Source: Felis catus
Taxonomy: Eukaryota
Assembly: GCF_018350175.1 (NCBI RefSeq)
Contig: NC_058368.1
Span: 174,284,001 to 174,348,000 of the forward strand
Direction of reading: 5' to 3'
DNA: 64,000 bases
The notes beneath the pieces were generated by a model, which worked only from the letters and a program-made list of their open reading frames with translations, did not search any database and was not told the origin of the DNA. This document shows positions 25,748-38,176 of this stretch, one piece after another (position 1 is the stretch's first letter; each line of letters opens with the position of its first letter). A program made the position numbers and the translations under genes.

Positions 25748-25951
25748 ATTTTTTTTTTTAATGTTTATTTTTGAGAAAGACAGAACGTGAGCGGGGGAGG
25801 GGCAGGGAGAGAGGGAGACAGAACCTGAAGCAGGCTCCAGGCTCTGAGCTGTCAGCCCAGAGCCCGACGCGGGGCTCGAACTCACGTACCCGCGAGATCA
25901 TGACCTGAGCCAAAGTCAGACGCTTAACCGACTGAGCCACCCAGGCGCCCC
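25748..25951 (-). mobile_element. SINEC
   Basis: Antisense body ending gagccacccaggcgcccc. Confidence 0.92.
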
Positions 25952-27476
25952 AGAACTGAGTCTGTTTTTAATCTCAGTATCTCAAGCACCCAGCAGATAG
26001 CTGGCACACAGTAGACGGTCAATGAATGTGTGTTAACACAGAAGCAAATGGCATTTGTGACAGAGGGAGCTCGATAGGGAAAAGTGTGGAGGGTTGACTT
26101 GTGTTAGACAGATTGACATTCTTTTTTGGAGAGGCACCGAACACAGCTGTTTGTGGTCCCGAGAGTGCAGGCATGCACACACATAGTTGCAGGGACTAGA
26201 TGAGGCAGGGAAGTTCCCGCTGGTAAAATCTTTACAATGAAGTCTCCCTTCTCATGCAGAGCAGCACAACACAAATGAGTTCCAAGGATCAAGGTCCATC
26301 GGGAAAAAATATGAAAGTCCAGAACTTCCATAAGAGGAGGAGTGGTGGGAGGGGAAGTCAAGACTTTGATAAACGTCCAGACTTTGTAAGATTACAGGGT
26401 TAAAAGGGACTTAACATTTTTCTAGGCTGGAAGTTTTCAGATGGTAGCAAACATTAGGACCACCTGGAGATTTTAATAAAGGGGCAGAGTCCTGGGGTCC
26501 GTGCCCAGAGATTTTGATTCTACAGGTCTGAGCTGAAGTTTCCATCTGTGAATCTGTATTTTAATAATTACCCCAGGGTGATTTCTGACACAAGCGGTTA
26601 TTGCCCCTCCGGACCAGATAAATGCTGAGCTGAACCAATATTTGGTGCCTTGAATTCTTTCTGTAACTTCCCTCTGAGGGCCTTTCATCCTGCCTGTGAT
26701 ACTCATAGTGATGGGAGCTCATGGTCTTTGGACATCCAAGACTATTAGGAAGTTGGGTGGGGTATTAGGGGTGGGGTAGGGGAGAGGAATGCCACTGGAG
26801 GCAGAAGGTACAGCGTATACAAAAGCTTCTAAGAAGAAAAAGTGTTGGTTTGTTGCTGAAGGGTGAGTGATGTAAAGCAGCTGGAACATTGGATTATAGG
26901 AAGATGTGCAGAGCCTGGAAGTGGAAATTGCAGATTGAAGCCAGGAGTGGGGGCCTTGGATGCCAAATGGTAAAGTTTGAACATTATTATCAGACACTGA
27001 GGCTTGTCGAAGAGTTTTCAGGAAAGAATATCTTACCTAAACCAGCATAGCTGGGGGATGATTACTATTTGGCCTGGATGGATCCAAGAAGACCCAGTTT
27101 CTTTCTCTCCCCTTCTCTTGATTTGGCTACATCAGTGGTTGAGTCTATTACAAGGTCTCATGTCACAAGATGGCTGCAGCAGTTCCAGCCCTTCCACCTT
27201 CCTTCTAATTCCTCTCTAGCTGAAAAGAGCCACAGTGTATTTCTGAAATTCACAGAACGCATCTAAGGACATCTCATTGGCTCTGATTGGGGCCAGGTAC
27301 CCATCTCTGACTCAATTACCGTGACTAAGGGAATATGATATTCAGATTGGCCAGGCTTAAGTCACATGTCTATGTAAGGGGTAGAATCAACTCTATTGGA
27401 AGCAAAGACTGCTCATGCAGGATGAGTGGTCCCCCAGAAAGAGATTTGATAAGTTAGTTTAGAGTGATTTATTCAA

Positions 27477-27900
27477 GGGGCACCTGGGTGGCTCAGTCAC
27501 TTAAGCATCTGACTCTTTTTGTGATGTCTATTTATTTTTGAGACAGTGCAAGTGGGGGAGGGGCAGAGAGGGGAGACAGGATCCCAAGTGGGCTCTGTAC
27601 TGACAGGCTGACAGCAGCGAGCCCAAGGTGGGGCTCGAACTCTCAAACCACAAAATCATGACCCGAGCTGAAGTTGGACGCTCAACTGACTGAACCACCC
27701 AGGTGCCCCTAAACACCTGCCTCTTGATTTCGGCTCAGGTCACGATCTCATGGTCATGATCTCACAGTTGTGAGATCAAGCCCTGCATTGGGCTCTGTGC
27801 TGGGCTTTGAATCTGCTTAAGATTCTCTCTCTCCCTCTCCCTCTGCCTTTCCCCTGAGAGAGAGAGAGAGAGACAGAGAGAGACAGAGAGAGAGACAGAA
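27477..27900 (+). mobile_element. Older Can-SINE split by a nested antisense SINE
   Basis: Head at 27477-27515; body resumes at 27710; (GA)n tail; outer TSD gatttattc. Confidence 0.85.
27518..27709 (-). mobile_element. SINEC nested in another SINE
   Basis: Antisense body with degenerate TSD taagcatctgactctt / taaacacctgcctctt. Confidence 0.85.
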
Positions 27901-29759
27901 GGATTTATTCGTTATCTACAGAGAGCCAGAGCCAAACTGTGGAGCGGCACAGGCTGAATGTTTTGGAAGAGACAAACTAGATTCCATGATGCTTAGCGGG
28001 TCAAAGGCTGGCTCAGCCGCTTGCTTCCTGGATGGCCTCGAGCATGTTATTCACTCCTCTGACCCTCATCCTTCATCTCTAAAGATGAAATGTTTCTGTC
28101 CAAGAGCTGCTGTAAGAAGCCGATGAAATACGTACGGTCCCTGGCACATATTAACTACTCGGTAAAAAGCAGCAATGACAACATTTCTTTGATTATGTGA
28201 CAGCATTGATTATAGATGAATCATTGATTTGATAAGCTTTTGGAGAGAGAGAGAGAAAAAAGCTGCTCTATCAATTGTTTGAAATACCCTGATTTCAGAA
28301 ATGTTAAAATGTGACCCCAAAAAAAAAAAGTGTCTTTGAATTCAGGAAGTGGACGGCAATGAAGAGGGTGGCGATTGGGGCAGGTGATCAGTGGGTGAGA
28401 GCACAAACTTGAAGTTGACCCGATTGCACCTAAACCCTGGTTTTGACGCCCACAGGCTGCCTGATGTTGCGATGCATAAACCATGAAAAAGGACTCATCC
28501 CGTAGCTCCCTTTCCTTGCCCACTCTGTGCCTCGGTTTCCCTTCTCGCTCTCCTGTCCCGCGACACCAAACTTCACAATTTTTGCCTTCTTATGTGTATT
28601 TGTATTCACCTACTTTTCTATATTTTTTTTTAAATAATCAAATTGTTTTGATAATTTAGGAAAATTCCTTCTAGAAAATTATAAGACAAAGATCCTCCTA
28701 TTTCCTTCCCACCCCCTGAAGATAACTATTTACTATTGAATTGGATTTCTTTGTATGGTATTTTTCTGTGGAGAAGGTTTTGCTGTTTTCACAGTTGTAA
28801 TCATCCATAATTTCAATTTTGTATCCTGTTTCCTTCCCGGTTATTACCAGCTCTCCCCGAATAGAATTTTAATGACCGTAATATATTTCCTCATGTGTCT
28901 CGAAGTGGTTCACTTAATCATTTTCTATTTTTGAACGCCAAGTGGTTTCCAAATTCTTATCGGAGCTGATATCACAGGGATGAACCATTTTCTGCAGAAA
29001 CTGATTTCATGTATCTGGTGGTACCACGAGGAGACCATCTTGGATGTAGAAATACAGGGACAAGAGGTGGGGGACACGTTTCCAGTTCTTGGTCGCCAAT
29101 GCGTCTCTCAAAATAGTTTGAACATTGTGTGATCTTGCAGATATCTGTCGGGCCCCCGTTTCAAATGCTTGGCCCGTCCTCGGGTGTGCGTGCAGAAATA
29201 CACATGTGCGCTCATGCGTTTAGCATTTGTGGTGAGTCACCCTTGGGTTAGGAAGGGTGGGTCTATGTAACCAGGGAAACAGCCCTTCAAAAACCTGCCA
29301 CCCCCAGCTCAGTGTTAAAATAACCTGAAGAGGCTCCCGTAGGAGCAGACTGGTGTGCAGGTAGCATTTACCTTTCCAGTTCTGGCTCAGATTTTGGCTT
29401 TAACCCCGGGGCTCCTCCCTTGACTAAGATGTGGTCCCAAGACTGAACCTTTCTCCATCCGCCCCACCCCCCACCAACCCCGCACAGGGTAGAGTCCCCC
29501 GGGGCAATGTTCTCAGGGCTCATGTGACCATTTTCCTCCTCTGCTGTCTCCTCCAGCCAGGTCTCCGAGGGCGCTGGGAGGTACCCTCACTAGAGAGACT
29601 TCCATACAAATGTGCGGCTTCATGAATTGTCTTAAAATGAGCATGGTGTAACCACCACCCAGGTCGAGGATTCTCCAGACTAGGAAGTAGAGGCTCGGAA
29701 GAGTCCGTCAACTTGACCCCAAGGGCGCACCCCCCGGTAAGCAGCGGATGCACGGGGAT

Positions 29760-30420
29760 TCATTTGTTCACGTGACACATACTGTTGAGGTCCTACTATG
29801 GGCCAAACACTGGGCCGGATCCCTGCTCTCAGGGAGCTCACATCCTAGAGGTGGATTGAGATTGTGCAGCAGGTAATCACGCAAGTGAACCAGGTGAGGG
29901 CAGGCTGTGGAAGCGGCCTGAAGGAGGGACACAGGGCAGAGAAGACCGCTTCGGACAGGCTGGTCAGCGTGGCCTCCCTGAGGAGGTGAGTTGGGAGCAG
30001 AGGCCTGAATGAGGAGGGGCTGCCCACACAAGGGGAACAGCCATCTTGGCAGAGAGAACCGCAAGCAAAAAGTCCCAATTGAGGGAACACACCTGGGCGT
30101 TTGGGGAACAGGGAGAGGGCCGGTATGTCTGGGCAACAACGATGAGGGACAAGTGGAATGAGGGTGAGATCAAGGCAGGCAGGGGCTAGTCACACAGGGT
30201 CCTATAGGCTGCAGGAAGGTTGGATTTGATTCCAAGTGCCATGGGAGGTTCCTGGTTCCTGGGGGGACTTTACCTACGGGAGGGGCACAATGAAATTTAC
30301 AGTCCCGAAGGGGCACTCTGGGCGCTGTGTGGGGCAGGAGAGGAAACGGCCAGGCTAGTCTGATGGCCATGGCTTCAATTCAGGGGTGACAGCTGAGACT
30401 AGGATGGGACAGCAGAGGTG
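29760..30420 (-). mobile_element. L2 fragment
   Basis: attcatttgttcac..ttgaggtcctactatgggccaaacactggg..ccctgctctcagggagctcacatcctag. Confidence 0.7.
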
Positions 30421-30464
30421 TAGACAGGCCAAGGAAACAGAATCCCCGCGCCTCCCAGAGTTTG

Positions 30465-31310
30465 TTTTTTTAATTGAGGTATAGTTCACATCCCATAAAA
30501 TTTACCATTTCCAAGTGTACAATTCAGTGATTTTTAGTATATGCACAAGGTTGTGCAACCATGACCACTATCTAATTCCAGAACCTTTTCGTCATCCTCC
30601 AAAGAAACCTCGTACTCATGAGCAGTCACTCCCCACTTCCTCCTTCTCCTACTCCCTGCCGTCACTAATTTCTAAGGATTGGCCGATTTGGGACATTTCA
30701 TAGAGATGAAATCATGCAATATATGGTTTTCCACATCTGGCTTCTTTCACGAGCATAACGCTTTCGGTTCATCCATGTTGTCCCATGAATCAGAACTTCA
30801 TTTCTTTTTATTGCCAAATCATATACCATTGTATGGATATATCACCTTTTGCTTACCCCTTGGCCAGTTGATGGACATTTGGGTTGCGTCTACTCCTTGG
30901 CTATTATGAATAATATTGCTATAGATATTCCCACTCAAGTTTTTGTGTGGACATTACATTTTCAGTCCTCCTAAGTACATTTCTAGGAGCGGAATCGCTG
31001 GGTCATGTGGTGATTCCGTATTTCATTTTTTTCGGGAGCTGCGGGACTATTTTCCAAAGAAGCTGTGCCAATTTGCACTTTCTCCAGCTGTGTATGAGAG
31101 TTGTGAGCTTCCACATCCTCACAAGCCAACCCTCGCTGGCCGTCTTTTTCATTCTGGCCATTCTAGAAGGGGTGAAGTGGGATCTCATTGTCGTTTTGAT
31201 TTGCATCCCTCTGATGACTAACGATTGGGCATCTTTCATGTGCGTGTCAGCCATTTGTGCGTCTTCTTTGGGGAAATGTCTATTCAAGTCTTTTGTCCAC
31301 TTTTTAATAG
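30465..31310 (-). mobile_element. L1MB-type 3' fragment
   Basis: ttttaattgaggtatagttcacatcccataaaatttaccattt tail; minus ORF 31003..31287 reads MNRHFPKEDAQMADTHMK..MQIKTTMRSHFTPSRMA, a degenerate L1 ORF2. Confidence 0.88.
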
Positions 31311-32599
31311 GGCCCCATGACGGATAAGACCCTGCACCACCCAGGTCCTAGCTATTTCTCTAATTCCTTCTCTTACTCCTCTCCTCTCACTCACTTGATT
31401 CCAGCCTTTCTGGCCTACTTACTGTTCTTGGAATCTGCCTCAGGACCTTTTCACATTCTGTTCTCTCTGCCCGGAATCCTCTTCCCCAGATATCTACGTG
31501 TCTCGCTCCTTCACTTCATCTGGGTCTCTGCTCCAATGTCCCCTCTTCACGGTCACTCTCCGTTGCCTTGCCCTGCTGTGTTGTTATACATGAACTTGTC
31601 TGTATGTCGTCAGCTTCATCAGAGCAAAGACTCTGTCATGTTCTTGTGTTCCCACCACCCAGATAGCGCCTGGCACATGGTAGGCACCCAGCACAAATTT
31701 GTTAAACGAGGAAGCGCAAGAATGGAGACCAAGTCTGAGATCAGACAGCTGTCAGATATCCCAACTTAAAATTTCTAAGCATGCCCTGTTCACAGTGAGG
31801 TCAGGAGAGGAGGGTGTGGCAAGGGGAAAAAAGACGATGCCTTGGGTTGGAACAGGGCGGAGTTGAGATGTCTTTAAGACATCTTGGAAAATCAGCAGGA
31901 GGGTGGGCTGGGCTGGAGGCGGGCACTTAGGAGTCATTGGCACGGTGATGGTGACAAATCACGGGAGCCTGCCAAGGGAGTGTGAGAGGGTGGGAAGAAA
32001 TGGGGGCCTGTCCTGCGTGACTAAGGGTTCAGAGAACAGCGGGCCAAAGAATGCCAAGACAGGGCGTTGGGAGGGAGCGGGGATGGAGGGAGAGTCAAGT
32101 GTCACAGAGACACTGAGGAAGAGGAAACCTGAGCGAAAGTAGTGCTTCCAGACACAGCGAGAAAACGAGACCTGGAAATACATTTCTCAGATCAATTGTT
32201 GCCTTAGTCATCCTTAGGAAAATAAACTGGCATTTCAAAAATAACCACAAAGTTTCAAACTAAAAGCAGGCAAGTTATTTTCAGTGCAGAAAGGACTGCT
32301 TTTGATCAAAGCAATGGAGTTTGGCATTTTTCCCGAAGGTCCCAGACTGGGCGCTCACCAGTTACGATGGATCCACCACAGGCCCCTGCAGGGATCTTCA
32401 AAAAAAATGCAGAATTTGCCGTTAACGTTTAAAAATTGGGAGAGTTCATACAAAAACCCAACTTCAAGCTTCTTTGAAAAACTGGAGTATTTGGACACAC
32501 GGGCCCCTCATTCCAATGAGGCATCGATTGGCAGCCTTCTTTACTTTATGTCTCGTTTAGGATGTTTCGGATAAACAAATAACTTGATTTACAAAAATT

Positions 32600-32805
32600 T
32601 TTCTTTTAATGGGTATCGATTCTTGAGAGAGAGTGTGTGTGAGTAGGGGAAGGGCAGAGTGAGAGAGGGACACAGAATCTGAAGCAGGATCCAGGCTCTG
32701 AACTGTCAGCATAGAGCCCCATGCAGGACTCGAACCCACAAACGGTGAGATCATGACCCGAGCTGAAGTGGGACGCTTGACCGACTGAGCCACCCAGGCC
32801 ACCCT
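32600..32805 (-). mobile_element. SINEC
   Basis: Antisense SINEC body. Confidence 0.9.
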
Positions 32806-33586
32806 GGATAAGCAAATAACTGAAAAAAAATTTTTTTATCATGAGAAATTTCAAACACAGTAAGAAGTAGTGATGAGAATAATGTAGGGGCTCCTCCTGT
32901 ATTATCACCCAGCCTCGACAGTTAAGAACAGTCTGCTTTGCCTGTTTCTTCAGGCTTCATCCCCAACAGCTTCTTTTTCGTGAGGGACGGCCTGGAATAT
33001 TTTAAGTCAAACTCAAGACATCACATGATTTCCCCCACAAATACAATAAAACGATTTCCTAAGAGACAGACTTTTGAAAATCATAATCGCAATGCTATTA
33101 TCATACTCAACAAAATTCATGCTAATTCCTTAATATCATCTTACCGAAACTGTGTTTGATAAGACGCACGCGTTACATTCGGTTGTTGTGTCTCTTAAAT
33201 TTCTTCTCATCTGTAACAGTTCCTTCCCCCTCTCCTTTCCCCACCCCCTTCATTTGTTGAGGAAAGTGCGTCCTTTGTCCGCCAGAACGTCGTGTATTCT
33301 GGGTTTCACTGCTTGTTTCTTCCGGCTGTATAGACATGCCTGCCTACCCCGCTTCGAAACTGATGTGAGGTCACATTCAGATTCATCCGCTTTTTTTTTT
33401 TTTTTTTTTTTTTGCAAGTATTACTCAATGCAGCTGTTTCCTTCGTATCGCTTTATATTAAGAGACTCACAGCGTCGGTCCACATTTTTCGGAATGATGA
33501 GCAGGTTCAGGTGGTGTCAACAGATCTCACCACAATCAAGTTCACCCTCAGATCACCAATGACCATTGCCTAAATCATGCATTCTC

Positions 33587-33806
33587 GGGGCGCCTGGGTG
33601 GCGCAGTCGGTTAAGCGTCCGACTTCAGCCAGGTCACGATCTCGCGGTCCGGGAGTTCGAGCCCCGCGTCGGGCTCTGGGCTGATGGCTCGGAGCCTGGA
33701 GCCTGTTTCCGATTCTGTGTCTCCCTCTCTCTCTGCCCCTCCCCCGTTCATGCTCTGTCTCTCTGTCCCAAAAATAAAAACAAACGCTGAAAAAAAAATT
33801 TTTTTT
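33587..33806 (+). mobile_element. Young felid SINEC_Fc
   Basis: Perfect 14-bp TSD aatcatgcattctc at 33573-33586 and 33807-33820. Confidence 0.95.
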
Positions 33807-33913
33807 AATCATGCATTCTCAAAGGGGTTGATAAAGCCACCAAAGAGGCCAACATTAGTTTGAGAGGAGTTTAGAGAGGAAAAAGTCGTATTCTTTTAAT
33901 GCATAAAGCAAAG

Positions 33914-34088
33914 GTATATATATATATCTATATATATACACACTGTATATATATACACACTATATATATATAGTATATATATATACTATATATATATAGT
34001 ATATATATACACATATATACATATACATATATACATATATACATATATATACACTATATATATATATATATATATATATACATAGTAT
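33914..34088. repeat. Compound (TA)n/(TATACA)n microsatellite
   Basis: Directly visible. Confidence 0.95.
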
Positions 34089-34136
34089 AAACGGGTATGC
34101 AGTATATCTGTGGCGTTAAAATTCCATGGTGTGGAA

Positions 34137-34345
34137 GGGGGCACCTGGGTGGCTCAGTCAGTTAAGCAACCGACTCTTGATTTCAACTCAGGTCATGATC
34201 TCCCGGTTCGTGAGATCAAGCCCTCCGTCAGGCTCTGGGCGGACAGCACAGAACCTGCTTGGGATTCTCTGTCTCCTTATCTCTCTCTGCCCCTCACCCC
34301 CTCTCAACCTCTCTCTCAAAATAAATAAATAGACATTTAAAAAAA
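34137..34345 (+). mobile_element. SINEC
   Basis: ggggcacctgggtggctcag head and A tail; tccatgg on both flanks. Confidence 0.9.
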
Positions 34346-34814
34346 ATCCATGGAGGTTGTGATTAGGAAGAAAAAAGTGCCTAAAATGTCCCTAGGGGGA
34401 TGATGATGAAAAGAAGTTTGGGAAACACTGGCATGGATGTATTCTTTCATTAGGGAAGGCAAACTGGTCATTTCCCAATGCTATCATTTTTTTTGCCTGT
34501 GAGTCTTCTATAAAGAAGAACTTCTTATCAACAATTTGGCTTTTCTGCAATCCAATCTGTACAGGAAATGCAAGATAAATGCTTGTCCTTTGTTTATCAA
34601 TTTTCAGCATAATGAGTTGGTGCCTAGCAACTTGCAAAGGAACCAAGGAGGTTTTTTTGTATCATTTTGAACTTACACATTTCATATGCTTTGCATGATT
34701 TTTCCATTCATTTTAGTGAGTTTTTTTCTCGATGCTCAAATTAATCTTGCTTTGACCAATGGAGTCCCTTCAAATAGGCTTCTGTGTCCCTTGCTGTGTT
34801 CCCAATAGTCTGTA

Positions 34815-34845
34815 TTTCTTTTTTTTTGAATGTTTATTTATTTTT

Positions 34846-34907
<62 letters not shown>

Positions 34908-35033
34908 CTGAAGCAGGCTCCAGGCTCTGGGCTGTCAGCACAGAGTCCCATGCGGGGCTTGAACCCATGAACTACAAGCTCGTGACCCAAGCTGAAGTCG
35001 GACACTTAACCGACTGAGCCACCCAAGCGCCCC
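34815..35033 (-). mobile_element. SINEC with expanded (GA)n
   Basis: Antisense body; aatagtctgt on both flanks. Confidence 0.9.
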
Positions 35034-35589
35034 AAAATAGTCTGTCAGTTATGACAAGATGTCCCAGGTTTATTTTGGACATTTCTTCCCCGGATCTTCA
35101 AATCCCTGTTTCTCTGAAGAGCACTGATTCCTTCTAGAAGGGTAGGGGAATGGTGTGCAGACAGCACAGCGTGAGTGCTAAGGGTGCTTCTAGTTATATT
35201 GGGCGGAAATAGGAAATAAATACTTTTAGAAAGAGAAAAAAAAAATAAGTTCATATAGCTGTTTCCAATTCAAATGAAAAATTACCTTTCGTACTGAACA
35301 GTTCTGATATACGTATCTTCATTTTTGAAATTATGCTAATTATCTTGGTTTCTGATGGAATTAATATAATTATTTATTTGCTTTATTCTCCATATTCTAC
35401 ATATCCTGCATTCTATATATACATATATAAGATATAAATATGTATGTTTATATATATAAATTATATACACATATAGGCTTAACAGAACACTTTTACTAAA
35501 CATAACTAAACCTAACCCTTTTACATTTTTTTACTAAATAGTTGACTACCAATTGCAGTTTAAAATATCTTCTTATGTTTTTTCCTTAC

Positions 35590-35814
35590 TTTTAATTTTT
35601 TGTAATGTTTTATTTTATTTTTGAGAGAGAGAGCGAGAGAGCAGGCAAGTGAGCGAGCAGGGGAGAGGCAGAGAGAGAGGGAGAGAATCTGAAGGAGGCT
35701 CCAGCCTCTGAGCTGTCAGCACAGAACCCGACGTGGGGCTCGAACCCACAGACGGCGAGATCACGACCTAAGCTGAAGTTGGACACTTAACCAACTGAGG
35801 CACCCACGCGCCCC
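35590..35814 (-). mobile_element. SINEC
   Basis: Antisense SINEC body. Confidence 0.9.
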
Positions 35815-36014
35815 TAGTTACTTTTAAAAAGTAACTTGAAATAATTCTTCTGTGAACAGTTCTGCCACTCTCTTCCTATGCAGCGAGGTTTTGTTTTTTC
35901 CTTTTTGCTTTGCTTTTTAAAAATTATCTAAAACACTACATCGTTACAAAATAAAACTGTAAAACGTGGTATATTCTGAGAGACCTACCATCAGTCCCTG
36001 TCTATTTCTTTTGG

Positions 36015-36483
36015 TAGGATATCCCCCCTTACCCGCAGGGAACAGGTTTCAAGACCCTGGTGGATGTCTAAAATCACAGAACTGAACACCGTATACTGTT
36101 TTTTCCTATACATACGTACCTCTGATAAAGTTTAATTTATAAATTAGGCACAGTGAGAGATCAACAACAGTAACTACTAATAGAATGAAGACTTATGACA
36201 ACGTCCTGTAGTAAAAGTTATGTGAATGTGGGCTCTCTCTCTCTCAACATACCTCATTACCCTGTGCTCACCCTTCCTGTGAGAATATATTATAAAATGC
36301 CTATGTGATAAAGTGAGGCGAATGACCCAGGTGTTGTGACGGAGCGTTAATTTACTATTGATCATCTGACCATAAATCAGAAGAAAGATCATCAGCACCT
36401 CTGGATCGTGGCCGACCACAAGTAACCTAAAACCACAGAAGGCAAAACTGTAGGAAGTTGTTGGGGGGGGGGGTGCTATTGTA
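36015..36483. mobile_element. MER44-like (Tigger7) TcMar MITE
   Basis: Inverted ends tcccccctta.. / ..gggggggtgctattgta; internal ttttttcctatacatacgtacctctgataaagtttaatttataaattaggcacagtgagaga. Confidence 0.8.
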
Positions 36484-36559
36484 CATACGAAGTTTTGTAT
36501 TTTCATTCTAATGGTTACCTTTAGATTAAGAGCTTTGTGTGATATCCATAGCCCTTTCT

Positions 36560-36783
36560 TTTTTTAAAAAAAATTTTTTTAATGTTTATTTATTTTTGAG
36601 ACAGAGAGAGACAGAGCATGAACAGGGGAGGGGCAGAGAGAGAGAGGGAGACACAGAATCGGGAACAGGTTCCAGGCTCTGAGCCATCAGCCCAGAGCCG
36701 ACGCGGGGCTCGAACTCACGGACCGCGAGATCGTGACCTGAGCTGAAGTCGGACGCTTAACCGACCGAGCCACCCAGGCGCCC
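36560..36783 (-). mobile_element. SINEC_Fc
   Basis: Antisense body; TSD tagccctttcttt. Confidence 0.93.
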
Positions 36784-37683
36784 TCCGTAGCCCTTTCTTT
36801 ATCAGTGTGTCTGTATTGGTTTCCTACCAGGACAAATACTGAAATTAATGAGGACCTTTTTTCATCCTTCAGCATCTATTTTAAAGGAACAGCGTATATA
36901 TTTTAAAGTAACATCGGTTTACTTCCAATGAATACCAATGAGGCCATCAATGAGATTATTCTACTTTTCATACACTCCCTTCTCTCCCCATGTTTTGAAA
37001 ATTGTATCATATCTAGTTGTCAGAACATGTGACAATTAGATACTAGCCTGTCACTCCTGGCCCCAACACTTAGTGTTTCTTTTATTGTTAAACACGCCCA
37101 GTGCTCCCCACCAGCCCTTGTGCTCAATCTTCTTCCTTTGTTTTCTGATTGTCTGAAGTTTATTCTTTAGTAGATTTCTCGGGAAAGGATTATGGGAATA
37201 ATATTCTCTGCGTTCTTCGAAGTTCATGGCATTTTGTGCTATGCCTTTTTTACTTGGTCTACTTGACTGGATATGAAACCCTTGACTCTCATTTTCTTTC
37301 TTTGAACTTCTTAAATATGTCACTCTTTAGAATTCTGATGTTTCTGATGGCAAACTCGATATTAAACTGATTTTCCTTCCCGCTCAAAGAATTTGTGCGT
37401 TTTGTCCAGATATCCGGCGTAATGCTTCTTCTCCAGTCCAAAAATTTTACTGAAATATATCTTGGTGTTGGCCATTTGGGATTGTTTTTCTTGGGTTGGA
37501 TAATTCAAGCGATTGCTTTTTCCAGAAAAGTTTCTCAGATTATAGTTTTGGCTATTTACTTTCTTGTGGTTGCAAGTTCCCCCTTTGGGAACTATCACAT
37601 GCACGTTGGGCATTTCACTCTTTTGTAACTATCACCCTCTGCCAGATCTTTTCTTAGGGGCCTCTTCATTTCTGTTCTACATC

Positions 37684-37712
37684 TTTTTTTTTTTTCAGTT
37701 TATTTATTTATT

Positions 37713-37752
<40 letters not shown>

Positions 37753-37891
37753 GGAGAGAGAGAATCACAAACAGGTTCCATGTGGTCAGTGCAGAGCCTG
37801 ATGTGGGGCTCGAACTCACCAACCATGAGATCATGACCTGAGCTGAAATCAAGAGTCAGATGCTTAACCCACTGAGCCACCCAAGTGCCCC
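37684..37891 (-). mobile_element. SINEC within an old L1M fragment (~36800-38480)
   Basis: Antisense SINE body; surrounding T-rich sequence resembles antisense L1M ORF1/ORF2 remnants. Confidence 0.85.
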
Positions 37892-37950
37892 TCTGCTCCA
37901 TTTTTTCCCCCTTCCCACCCCACCCCGCCCCTGTCATTCTCTCACTATGA

Positions 37951-38176
37951 TTTTTTTTTTTAATTTTTTTTTTCAACGTTTATTTATTTTTGGGACAGAA
38001 AGAGACAGAGCATGAACGGGAGAGGGGCAGAGAGAGAGGGAGACCCAGAATCGGAAACAGGCTCCAGGCTCTGAGCCATCAGCCCAGAGCCTGACGCGGG
38101 GCTCGAACTCACGGACCGCGAGATCGTGACCTGGCTGAAGTCGGACGCTTAACCGACTGCGCCACCCAGGCGCCCC
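37951..38176 (-). mobile_element. Young felid SINEC_Fc
   Basis: Reverse complement of the 3416/33587 type; TSD tcactRtgatttt. Confidence 0.95.

Noticed and set aside
26755..26782. G-quadruplex-capable G-runs
   Set aside because: A common motif lying in an old L2-like fragment, with no functional context.
31003..31287. Active L1 ORF2
   Set aside because: It is a short, degenerate fragment with no full ORF1/ORF2 or 5'UTR. The same applies to 21017-21182.
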